DNA of 64,000 nt from Candidatus Woesearchaeota archaeon CG10_big_fil_rev_8_21_14_0_10_45_16 (lineage in GTDB: Archaea > Nanobdellota > Nanobdellia > Woesearchaeales > GW2011-AR9). Both the position numbers and the translations under genes were made by a program. Shown here one piece after another: positions 29,006 through 37,186 of this stretch. The stretch lies in the NCBI GenBank assembly GCA_002762785.1, contig PCXY01000005.1, positions 392,849 to 456,848 on the forward strand. Reading direction: 5' to 3'. The notes beneath the pieces are model-generated. The model searched no databases. It worked only from the letters and a program-made list of their open reading frames with translations, and was not told the DNA's origin. Numbering within the stretch: the first letter of the stretch is position 1; each line of letters starts with the position of its first letter.

Positions 29006-29554
29006 TCAGAACTTGACCTTGACAGCTTTCCGTTCAGCCTCTTCCGTCTTGAAGAAATCTTTCTGGACGAAATGGAACAGCTTGGCGAAAAAGTTCTTTG
29101 GGAAGACTTGGATCGCTTCGTTGTACTGCATCACGGAATCGTTGTAAAATTGTCTCGCATAGGCAATCTTACTTTCAGTGCCGGACAACTCTTCTTGGAG
29201 CATCTTGAAGTTTTCGCTGGCTTTCAACTGCGGATAATTTTCAGCGACGGCAAAGATTGATTTCAACGCTTCGGTGATCTGGTTGGAGGCTTTAGCCCTT
29301 TTTTCCAGGGAGCCGCTCATCAAAGAAGTTCTGGCTTTAGTGACTTCTTCCAGGACACCCTTTTCGTGTTTCATGTACCCTTTGACCGTGTCCACGAGAT
29401 TTGGGATAAGATCATATCTTCTCTTGAGCTGGACGTCGATCTGCGCCCAGGCGTTGTTGACACGAACCCGTAACCTGATCAGGCTGTTGTAGACGTAGAT
29501 GACGAAGATCACCACGACAGCAGCGATAATTCCGATAACTAGTGTTGATACCAT
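29006..29554 (-). CDS. lemA: LemA family protein
   Basis: [22 protein letters not shown] and ARQFYN motifs. Confidence 0.95.
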   Translation of the reverse strand: MVSTLVIGIIAAVVVIFVIYVYNSLIRLRVRVNNAWAQIDVQLKRRYDLIPNLVDTVKGYMKHEKGVLEEVTKARTSLMSGSLEKRAKASNQITEALKSIFAVAENYPQLKASENFKMLQEELSGTESKIAYARQFYNDSVMQYNEAIQVFPKNFFAKLFHFVQKDFFKTEEAERKAVKVKF

Positions 29555-29686
29555 ATGTGCCTCCTTGTTTTGTTCATAAATTGATTCTGCTGTTTAAAAA
29601 ACTTATGTATTTGAGGATATAGGTTAGGTCAACAGCAAACTATATAAACCATCTTTCTTTACTTCTCCTAAAAAGAGGTTGCGATC

Positions 29687-30565
29687 ATGGTTTTGGAACA
29701 CATATTCCCTGAAGACTGGCTGGAGAGCAAAGGCCGCTATGCGTTTCTCTTGGGTGTGTTGTATTCCATCATCGGTATCGTCATCGCTTGGAGATTGTTT
29801 CCCGGCGATCCAGCTCTCGTCGCTGTCGCGTTCACTTCTTTATTGCTCCTGCCTGAATTGTATAAGATTTTCGCCGTTGAGGAGCGTCTCGAAAAAGCAG
29901 AGCAGAAAGTTTCCATGAAAAGCCTCTGGAAAGATGACATCAGCGTCGTCAAGGTCTATGTCTTCTTGTTTCTGGGCATCCTTTTGACGTATTCCGTCGG
30001 CACCATCTTGTTGCCTGATTTCCAGACCAACACTCTGTTCCGTGAGCAGCTGGAGATCCGCTTTGGCCAAGGCTTTTCTGGCAATGCGATCTTAGGAGTT
30101 TTCGACGGCAACTTGTTCATCGATCTTCTCAGCAACAATTTCTTAGTCATGTTGGCTTGTTTTATCTTAGCCTTGCTGACAGGTGATGGAGCGATCTTCC
30201 TGATCACCTGGAACGCGTCTGTCTGGGGCACGATCTTTGGTCTTACTGCTAAGAGCGCGGCTATCTTTTCCGGCGGCAATCCGTTCCTGGTCTTCCTGAT
30301 GGTGATGCTTATCGTCTTTCCGCATATGATCACGGAAGCTTTGGCATATTTCCTGGCGGCTATATCCGGATCGGTCATCTCTAAAGATGTCTTGCTAGAA
30401 AAATTTGCGTCTGACAGGTTCTTCGAAGTGTTCGGCTTCAACCTTTACCTGCTGCTTTTCGCTTTAGTCTTTCTCCTTTTGGGAGCTGCTATCGAAGCCT
30501 GGGTTCTCGGCAATGTGCAGACATATCAAGAGATCATCAGGATGAGTATGCAGGCTATCCGTTAG
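29687..30565 (+). CDS. SpoIIM/DUF95-family membrane protein
   Basis: NN..V, WNASV and PH..E...AAIE motifs. Confidence 0.82.
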   Translation: MVLEHIFPEDWLESKGRYAFLLGVLYSIIGIVIAWRLFPGDPALVAVAFTSLLLLPELYKIFAVEERLEKAEQKVSMKSLWKDDISVVKVYVFLFLGILLTYSVGTILLPDFQTNTLFREQLEIRFGQGFSGNAILGVFDGNLFIDLLSNNFLVMLACFILALLTGDGAIFLITWNASVWGTIFGLTAKSAAIFSGGNPFLVFLMVMLIVFPHMITEALAYFLAAISGSVISKDVLLEKFASDRFFEVFGFNLYLLLFALVFLLLGAAIEAWVLGNVQTYQEIIRMSMQAIR

Positions 30566-31383
30566 TTTTTCTGATTGTGCGGCTTGCAGGTCTTATAGAA
30601 ATCACATTCTCCCGTCGACCATCTGCATAAAGGGGTGATGGTGCGGGGGTAGTCGAAGATGTTTTCAGTGATCGAGGTGTGAGCATGCACCAGTTCTATC
30701 TCTCGCTGTGCTAATTTTAACAGTTCTTCATCAACACTGATCATCTTCAGCTTCTGGCGAAGGAAAAAGATCCCTACTTTTGAAGGAAGTACGCCATGTT
30801 TCTCAAAATAAAGCAAGGAGTAGATAGCTAATTGCAGCCTGATGCTGTCTTTAAAATCAAATTTGGCATTAGTCTTATAATCCACGATGTGAACTTCGTC
30901 TTCCAAGTGATGGATCGCATCGATGAATCCCTGGACTGAATAATTATCTGACTGGTAACGCATCTCCCGTATTGGTGTCAGGGCTTTGAACGCTTCCTGT
31001 AATGATTTTCCTTTCTCCATCTCGTTCTGCACATCATTAAGGAAGTGGCCGGTCCAGTTCATCAGCATCAGCATCGTCTCCTCAAAATAGAACCGTTCCT
31101 GATCTTTGTTGAGTTTCAATACTTGAAGCCGCGGCTTGTATTTCATCCACTGCATCAAGAGCATCTTCTGCATCTCTTTCTTGAAATGCATCTCAAAACC
31201 ATCTTCATTTACCGTTGATATGTCCAGATCGTAGAAATCTTCCAGACAGGAATGGGCGATGTTGCCTCTTACTTGATGGATATTCGGTAACGTCGGCAGT
31301 TTCTCGACGTATTGATAGTAATACTTACGTTTGCACTGCTTGAAGGTATTCAATGATGATGGGGATTCGACACGTTTAGCCAT
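30562..31383 (-). CDS. PD-(D/E)XK RecB/Cas4-like nuclease with Fe-S-type cysteines
   Basis: SPSS..C, GFIDA, VDYKT, QLAIY and C-terminal C..C..C. Confidence 0.9.
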   Translation of the reverse strand: MAKRVESPSSLNTFKQCKRKYYYQYVEKLPTLPNIHQVRGNIAHSCLEDFYDLDISTVNEDGFEMHFKKEMQKMLLMQWMKYKPRLQVLKLNKDQERFYFEETMLMLMNWTGHFLNDVQNEMEKGKSLQEAFKALTPIREMRYQSDNYSVQGFIDAIHHLEDEVHIVDYKTNAKFDFKDSIRLQLAIYSLLYFEKHGVLPSKVGIFFLRQKLKMISVDEELLKLAQREIELVHAHTSITENIFDYPRTITPLCRWSTGECDFYKTCKPHNQKN

Positions 31384-31495
31384 AGAAACCAACTCTTTTT
31401 TTAGGATGGGACAACCATTGCTTTATATGTTTTTCTTGTCTGGATGATCTCCTACTTTGATAAATTATATATATCTACATCGTAATAAGGACCAA

Positions 31496-32527
31496 ATGAA
31501 AGAAAGTGATTCCAAGAAACCCCTTACTTACTCTTTTATTCTGTGTGGTCTCCTGATTCTGACCGTAATTTTTCTTCAGAATAAAATAGTGATGTTGGAA
31601 TCAGAGTATAATTCTTTGGAATCAGATAACGTTAAAATTACCAATAATTATCAAAATTACCAGAAAAAGACGGAAGAGACCATTAGTACCGCTATTACTC
31701 CTCCCTACATTTACATAAATAATCAGAATGTCTATATCGCTTTTCGCCAATCTAATGGTAATGTAATCAAATGGTTTGTACCATTCACGGCTTTAAACTA
31801 TGACTTGCAACGAGGTTTTTTTAAAAGAGAGTTTATCGATGAGGAACTTTTGCCCCTACATTCTCGCTACTCTTCAACATTGTTAAATACTCTTAATGTC
31901 TGTTTTAATAGTCAGATTACTATGTGTAACAATTATCAAATTTTAATGAGTCTTTGTGGGGGTGGTGATGCTGGGTGTAGCTCTTTAAGAGAGAGTTTTC
32001 AAAAGGAACAAGATGAAATCGCTGTTTTCTTCACTCAGAATTTAGCTGAAATCAAAAAAGAAGGGAAGGAGTATATCTCTTTGGAGAATAATGGTAATGC
32101 AATAACCGTGATGGATTTTCGTCCTTTTGTAGATAAAGTCGCTTTTACCAACATAATCCCTCAGTTATATGCCGAAATTGGAAATGATCAACAATTCATA
32201 CACGAGCTTTGGTATATCCTGTCTCAATTAACAACATATTCTTTAGAAATAAAAGAGACGCCTAAATTTCCATTAGAGACTCTTTTATCAGGTGGTGGAG
32301 ATTGTGAGGATACATCTATTCTGTTAGCTAGTATGCTTAAAGCAGCTAATAAAAATTGGAAAATAAGTCTAGTTTACATGGATAGTAATAATCCTATCAA
32401 TCCTAAAAATATAAATCATGTTCTGGTTCAAGTAGAAACTGCCTCCGAAAGTTTCTTCATAGAGACTACTAGTAAGACGCAAGAGAATCCTTACGATAAG
32501 ATAGTCGGATGGTACTTGGAAGTTTGA
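31496..32527 (+). CDS. Membrane-anchored transglutaminase-like (Cys-His) protein
   Basis: N-terminal TM, PLETL..GGGDCED, HV and IETT; AT-rich. Confidence 0.8.
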   Translation: MKESDSKKPLTYSFILCGLLILTVIFLQNKIVMLESEYNSLESDNVKITNNYQNYQKKTEETISTAITPPYIYINNQNVYIAFRQSNGNVIKWFVPFTALNYDLQRGFFKREFIDEELLPLHSRYSSTLLNTLNVCFNSQITMCNNYQILMSLCGGGDAGCSSLRESFQKEQDEIAVFFTQNLAEIKKEGKEYISLENNGNAITVMDFRPFVDKVAFTNIIPQLYAEIGNDQQFIHELWYILSQLTTYSLEIKETPKFPLETLLSGGGDCEDTSILLASMLKAANKNWKISLVYMDSNNPINPKNINHVLVQVETASESFFIETTSKTQENPYDKIVGWYLEV

Positions 32528-32565
32528 AGATAGTTTTATAAAAGGGCTCGAGTTTAAAGCATCAG

Positions 32566-32892
32566 ATGGCCAAGCCCCAAAAATATTCAGACGAACCGCA
32601 AGTGATCAGAGTGCGTATCCCACAAGGGACAGAACTTTTAGGTGTCGTCCAGCAGCGGTTGGGGGGAAGTCGAATGCGAGTTCTTTGTCTTGATGGAAAA
32701 GAGCGTATCTGCCGTATCCCTGGCAGGCTGAGAAGAGCTCTTTGGGTGCGTGAAAATGATATCGTCATCGTCCAGCCGTGGGAATTAGGCGGCGATGAGA
32801 AAGGTGACGTCATGTATAAGTACCGCAACAAAGCTGAGATCGAATTCTTACGCAAGAAAGGGTACCTCAAAAACATCGAAGAAGAGTTTTAA
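32566..32892 (+). CDS. eif1a: Translation initiation factor aIF-1A
   Basis: LGGSRM.V.C.DG..R.CRIPG, WVRENDIV and KGDV motifs. Confidence 0.96.
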   Translation: MAKPQKYSDEPQVIRVRIPQGTELLGVVQQRLGGSRMRVLCLDGKERICRIPGRLRRALWVRENDIVIVQPWELGGDEKGDVMYKYRNKAEIEFLRKKGYLKNIEEEF

Positions 32893-32942
32893 TATATTTG
32901 AGCATAGAAATTCTTATATAGCTGGTTTCTCTCGAATGATCC

Positions 32943-33500
32943 ATGACTTCCACGACGAGATTATTTTTTCACACCATCCTGATGGGTGTTCTTTTAGTCG
33001 CATTGGTGACTATGTTTGCTGCGAGAGGCGGTCTCTTTTTTCAAGGAGAGCTCTTTGTTTTTCTGCTGCTGGCCCTGCTGACAGTTATCGGTATGGTCGG
33101 TTTCAGCCAACCTTGGGGACGTAGCGTCTTCTTCCTAGCATTTTTACTTTATGTCGCTAACCTGGTAGTGGTCTGGCTGTTTGAAGGCCGTATCTTTATC
33201 ACTCTTTCAGTATTGGCATTGATAGGTTTCTTCAGCTCTCTGCCGCAGCCACGACAGGGACGGTCTTCAAAGACGAAGGAGATTCCAGCTGCTGTTGAGG
33301 AAGAGCCGCACAGTATGGTCTATGAGAATCCTAAGAAAGAGTTCTCTCCAGGGAAACTAGTGGCGAGTAAGAGCAGCAACCGCTACCATGCACCAGCCTG
33401 TGATTGGGCTAAACGTATCAAAGAAGAACGGCGGGTCTGGTTCAATGATAAAGAATCGGCCTGGAAACAGGGGTATAGGGCCCACAGTTGCCTTTCTTGA
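32943..33500 (+). CDS. 4-TM membrane protein with a C-terminal Ada-like metal-binding domain
   Basis: VASK.S.RYH...C...GYRAHSC motif. Confidence 0.78.
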   Translation: MTSTTRLFFHTILMGVLLVALVTMFAARGGLFFQGELFVFLLLALLTVIGMVGFSQPWGRSVFFLAFLLYVANLVVVWLFEGRIFITLSVLALIGFFSSLPQPRQGRSSKTKEIPAAVEEEPHSMVYENPKKEFSPGKLVASKSSNRYHAPACDWAKRIKEERRVWFNDKESAWKQGYRAHSCLS

Positions 33501-33553
33501 ATCTTATTCTTTCTTAGCAAAGTATATAACCCTGCTTCGATATAAATAAGGCT

Positions 33554-33757
33554 ATGGCTCAAACAGATGTATTGGTAAAGATCCATGAGGATCTGGAATC
33601 GCTCAAACGCGACATGGCCGAGATCAAAGACGTAATCAGGCTAGAACCCGAGTTTCGTGAAGAGGTTATCAAACAAGTTCAAGAAGCTCGTGAACGTATG
33701 GCTAAAGGTTAGTTTGTCCCCAATGACGATATTCTTAAAGAGTTTGATGTAGAATGA
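33554..33757 (+). pseudogene. RelB-like antitoxin interrupted by an in-frame TAG (33710-33712)
   Basis: MAQTD...ARERMAKG*FVPNDDILKEFDVE; the second stop overlaps the toxin ATG (ATGA). Confidence 0.75.
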
Positions 33758-34035
33758 GTTACGAGATCCTTTGGGATGACAAAGTCAGAGATTTTCTACG
33801 AAAGATTCACAAAGATGAGTCTCGAAGGATTATAAAAAAAGTTAATAGCATCGTTGATGATCCAAGGCATTATCTTGAAACCTTGGTCGATATTAGGTCT
33901 TATAAGCTGCGGATTGGTGATTTCCTTGCTTTAATCGATATAGATGATCTCAAAAAGAGTATTTCTGTTGTGCTCATTGGACATAGAAAAGAGATCTATA
34001 AGTATATTCAAAGAAGCGGTTTCAACAAGAAGTGA
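33754..34035 (+). CDS. RelE/ParE-family toxin, probably attenuated
   Basis: YKLRIGDF and IGHRKEIY motifs; GDYR is changed to GDFL. Confidence 0.88.
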   Translation: MSYEILWDDKVRDFLRKIHKDESRRIIKKVNSIVDDPRHYLETLVDIRSYKLRIGDFLALIDIDDLKKSISVVLIGHRKEIYKYIQRSGFNKK

Positions 34036-34049
34036 ATTTTATTTGAATC

Positions 34050-34478
34050 TTATTTTTTCCAATAATACCAGATCAATCCCAGAGCGGAGATGGTTATGGC
34101 CGCATCAGCAATGTTGAATGCCGGCCAGAATGAGAAGTCGATGAAATCGACTACAAACCGTCTTCCCAGACGGTCGACAAGATTGCCGATGATACCGCCT
34201 AATAATAAAGCAAATAATACCTGTGGAAGTTTTTCTTTTGATATCTTCGGATAGTGATAGATGATAACTGCGGCTGCTATCAAAGAGATGATTCCTAGCC
34301 AGACCACCTGATCCTGTAAGATGCCGAAGCCGGCACCGGTATTGGTGATAAGATGGATCGTAAGGAGTTTTAGGTCCCATTGCGGTTTCCATGACAAGAT
34401 CAAGATCTTGGTCAGCTGGTCGATGAGGATGACAAGGGAGGAAATGATAGAAAACAGAAGCAGATTTTTCTTTACCAT
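34050..34478 (-). CDS. lspA: Lipoprotein signal peptidase II
   Basis: DQLTK, NTGAGFG, GNLVDR, VVDF and FNIAD motifs. Confidence 0.95.
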   Translation of the reverse strand: MVKKNLLLFSIISSLVILIDQLTKILILSWKPQWDLKLLTIHLITNTGAGFGILQDQVVWLGIISLIAAAVIIYHYPKISKEKLPQVLFALLLGGIIGNLVDRLGRRFVVDFIDFSFWPAFNIADAAITISALGLIWYYWKK

Positions 34479-34837
34479 AATCGTTCCTTCTTCTCAGAGT
34501 GAGAGGTTCTCTCCATCTGGGCCAGGCGCTGGTCGAGAGATGCCAGCATCGCTTTCAACGTATCTAATTTGCTGTTGATAAGTTCCAGATCGGGGCTTTT
34601 ACCGTACGATTGCTGCTGCTGGAACGACTGCGGTGATGGCGGCTGTGAGAAACTGGATGTCTGGCCGAATAATGGCTGCTGCTGTGGAAGCGGGAACTGG
34701 GTCGATAAAGCTGGATCGTCCTGGCCGAGATGAGGCATCTCCAGCCCGGAATTCCTTCCTAGTTCTCTGGAAGCTGCTTTGTCGAAGTCAAATTCGTCCT
34801 CTTTTTTGCCAAAACCTAGCTTGCTGAAAAATCCCAT
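34472..34837 (-). CDS. Hypothetical protein (P/Q-rich with a C-terminal coiled coil)
   Basis: Start set at MGFFSK; DLELINSKLD; overlaps the lspA start. Confidence 0.75.
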   Translation of the reverse strand: MGFFSKLGFGKKEDEFDFDKAASRELGRNSGLEMPHLGQDDPALSTQFPLPQQQPLFGQTSSFSQPPSPQSFQQQQSYGKSPDLELINSKLDTLKAMLASLDQRLAQMERTSHSEKKERLW

Positions 34838-34915
34838 GATAAGAGAAGGAAACTTTTCGGCTTTAAATCTTTTTGCTTTGAGAAGATTTATAAATGACGT
34901 TCTATTCTCAATTTC

Positions 34916-35164
34916 ATGGCAAAAAAGACAGCTAAAGATGATTCTTCTTCTCAGGAGCGTATCGGTTTCCATAAAGGTTCCCTGGCAACTCTTAGCAAGG
35001 AACGGGAAGAGATGATGCGGATCCTACAGATCGTAGAGCAGCTGATGCAGATGCACATCAAAGAGCTGAAAGACCTTGGGGTCGACTTGGTAGCTGAAGC
35101 GAAGAGATCAGGTTCTGCGGCCAAACCTCTGAAAGGCAAGAAGCCGATCGAGGATATTCTATAG
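34916..35164 (+). CDS. Hypothetical helical protein
   Basis: TATA at about 34887; natural composition. Confidence 0.75.
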   Translation: MAKKTAKDDSSSQERIGFHKGSLATLSKEREEMMRILQIVEQLMQMHIKELKDLGVDLVAEAKRSGSAAKPLKGKKPIEDIL

Positions 35165-35241
35165 AGTTTTTCGGATTATTGATGCAATCAGAACCAGTAT
35201 CATAGATTTGTCAGTAGAAAAAGTAAAATAAAAATAAAAGA

Positions 35242-36159
35242 TTAACGTACTAGCAATGCGATCATGAAGATCACGACAGCTAGCAGGATAACGATACCAG
35301 CGCCGATCCATGCCATCAACCTGATGTCTTCCCATGAAGTGCTCTGCTCAACTTGTGGAGCAGGAGCCGGCATCTGGAAAGAGCTGAAGTCGAAGGTAGC
35401 TGGGTCTGGCAATGTTGCTTTAGGCTGTGCTGGAGCGGTTACGGTCCTGGCAACACTATTGCCGCTGACAACATTACTGGTGTTGTTTCCCAACAGGCGG
35501 TCGATGTCTTCTTTTAGATCACGGATATCGGTCTGAAGATCATCAACATCATCTTTAAGTTCAGTTCTTAGGTTGCTGCGTTCAAGATCGTTGACGTCAT
35601 CTTCGAGATTATCAACCTTTTTCTCAAGAGATTTAAGGTCTTTTTGAAGATCTTTCAGATCATCTTCAGCGTTCTCGATGTCGCGTTCGTCATCGTCTCT
35701 GCGGGCGTCCCGAAGGTCGTCTTCAGCAGTATTGAAGTCGTCTTCGATGTTGCTGAACTCTTCTTTAAGATTGTCAAATTCTTTCTCTTCTTCAGTCCTG
35801 GTGTCTTCTTCTGGCTGAGGATTCTCATCAGCAGGCTGTTCCTGGTCATCAGGATTTTCATCACCTGTTTGAGGAGCTGGATCGTTGACAACCGGAGTCA
35901 CATCGACAGGATCAACGACGTCGGTTGAAGGTTGGTCATCAGGATTCTCTTCTACCGGTTTTGGTTGACCTAAAGAAGTAAAGATATCTTTTAGGTTTGA
36001 TGGCAAGTCTATTGTACGAAGTTCTGTAGAGTTTGCTTCATTGTTTGTTCCGCCGAAACTGGTTCCGCTCGGTAGCTGTAGGACAGCCAAAGCGGATGGA
36101 CCAACAAGGCTTAATAGCAAAATCCCTAAGATAAGTACGCTGGTGGTTTTATTGATCAT
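35242..36159 (-). CDS. Secreted acidic coiled-coil protein with a C-terminal TM anchor
   Basis: Signal peptide, ENPDDQ repeats, heptad region and C-terminal TM. Confidence 0.85.
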   Translation of the reverse strand: MINKTTSVLILGILLLSLVGPSALAVLQLPSGTSFGGTNNEANSTELRTIDLPSNLKDIFTSLGQPKPVEENPDDQPSTDVVDPVDVTPVVNDPAPQTGDENPDDQEQPADENPQPEEDTRTEEEKEFDNLKEEFSNIEDDFNTAEDDLRDARRDDDERDIENAEDDLKDLQKDLKSLEKKVDNLEDDVNDLERSNLRTELKDDVDDLQTDIRDLKEDIDRLLGNNTSNVVSGNSVARTVTAPAQPKATLPDPATFDFSSFQMPAPAPQVEQSTSWEDIRLMAWIGAGIVILLAVVIFMIALLVR

Positions 36160-36297
36160 TTTGGGTATACCTTCAAATGTTTTTACTTGTTAGTAAATAC
36201 TTTTATTTATAAATGTTTCGCATTGGGCTTACTTCCCAGTAGTAAAAATATCTAGAAAAACGATAAGTTTATATATACCGTATATGCCTCGGAGGGT

Positions 36298-36732
36298 ATG
36301 GGAAGACCAAAACCAATTCATTATCAATTTGTTGTTGCTGAAATCGAAACACCACCGTTTTCTCTGAGACGAAATGCCGTGGTTCCCTCTGAAAAGATAG
36401 GCATAATCTATAATACTGGTTCTGCGATTCCTCTCTGGGCTCCGATGAGAGAAGAGTATCATGTAGAAGAAGCTAGAGCGCATTGGGTACCTGGCAATAC
36501 AAGCCCTTTTGAGTATGAAGGTAGAGAAGCGCAGTCTTTTGCTGAAATTGATGCTACTCATGTTGCTCAAGTATACGCTCGAACGATAAGTGCTAGCGCA
36601 ACTAATTTTTATGGAAGACCGGTGGAATTGACTCCAAAGAGAATACTAAATGTTCATGGGACTTTCTGCGGTGAAGTAGCTAGGAATCTGCAAGACATTT
36701 TAAGAGAAACTCAACAAGGACCTAGACGATAA
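36298..36732 (+). CDS. Orphan hypothetical protein
   Basis: GGAGG SD and TATA upstream. Confidence 0.7.
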   Translation: MGRPKPIHYQFVVAEIETPPFSLRRNAVVPSEKIGIIYNTGSAIPLWAPMREEYHVEEARAHWVPGNTSPFEYEGREAQSFAEIDATHVAQVYARTISASATNFYGRPVELTPKRILNVHGTFCGEVARNLQDILRETQQGPRR

Positions 36733-37186
36733 CTTCTCCCCGATGTATCTTAGGCAGAAAATTTAATATTTTCTTATCTTTATATTGTGCACAGCCTAGA
36801 ACATTATCTTTGAACATTAAAATTACCAATCGATTTTCTTCACCCAAATCTTTAGGAAGATCAACGCCGGCAAAATAAGCTTTTACTTCTTTCTCTTCTA
36901 AAATCACAGTGTTTTTAACATCCTCGTTCTCCTGCACAAGTAAAGCTGCTCCTTCTTTGCTTAACCGAACGTGATCTGGTTTGACTTCTGCAAAATACAG
37001 CCCCAGACGGTCAAGACGCAGCTTATCAAGATCGATCCTTGAGACATCTTTATTGACGATGAAAACTTTATTCTTGTCGCTTTGCAGGAAAGCATATTCT
37101 TTCTGTAGGAAGCAGCCGAACTCTTTGATGACAATATCCCTGATCTTCTTGACGTCTCTTGTATTGAGGATATTTAGTTTCTGCAT
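36722..37186 (-). CDS. Nip7/RsmF-PUA-like RNA-binding protein
   Basis: GLYF...RLS.EG and NFLPK motifs; coupled to the aIF5B gene. Confidence 0.7.
   Translation of the reverse strand: MQKLNILNTRDVKKIRDIVIKEFGCFLQKEYAFLQSDKNKVFIVNKDVSRIDLDKLRLDRLGLYFAEVKPDHVRLSKEGAALLVQENEDVKNTVILEEKEVKAYFAGVDLPKDLGEENRLVILMFKDNVLGCAQYKDKKILNFLPKIHRGEVIV

Noticed and set aside
30562-31383. CRISPR-Cas locus around the Cas4-like gene
   Set aside because: No repeat-spacer array and no other cas genes in the window.
33710-33712. Genome-wide TAG recoding or pyrrolysine (amber codon plus a BioB/PylB-like radical SAM gene and a dehydrogenase)
   Set aside because: TAG terminates many normal genes here (e.g. at 3567, 4742 and 27392). 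No pylS, pylT or pylC is in the window, and the dehydrogenase is a D-2-hydroxyacid type.
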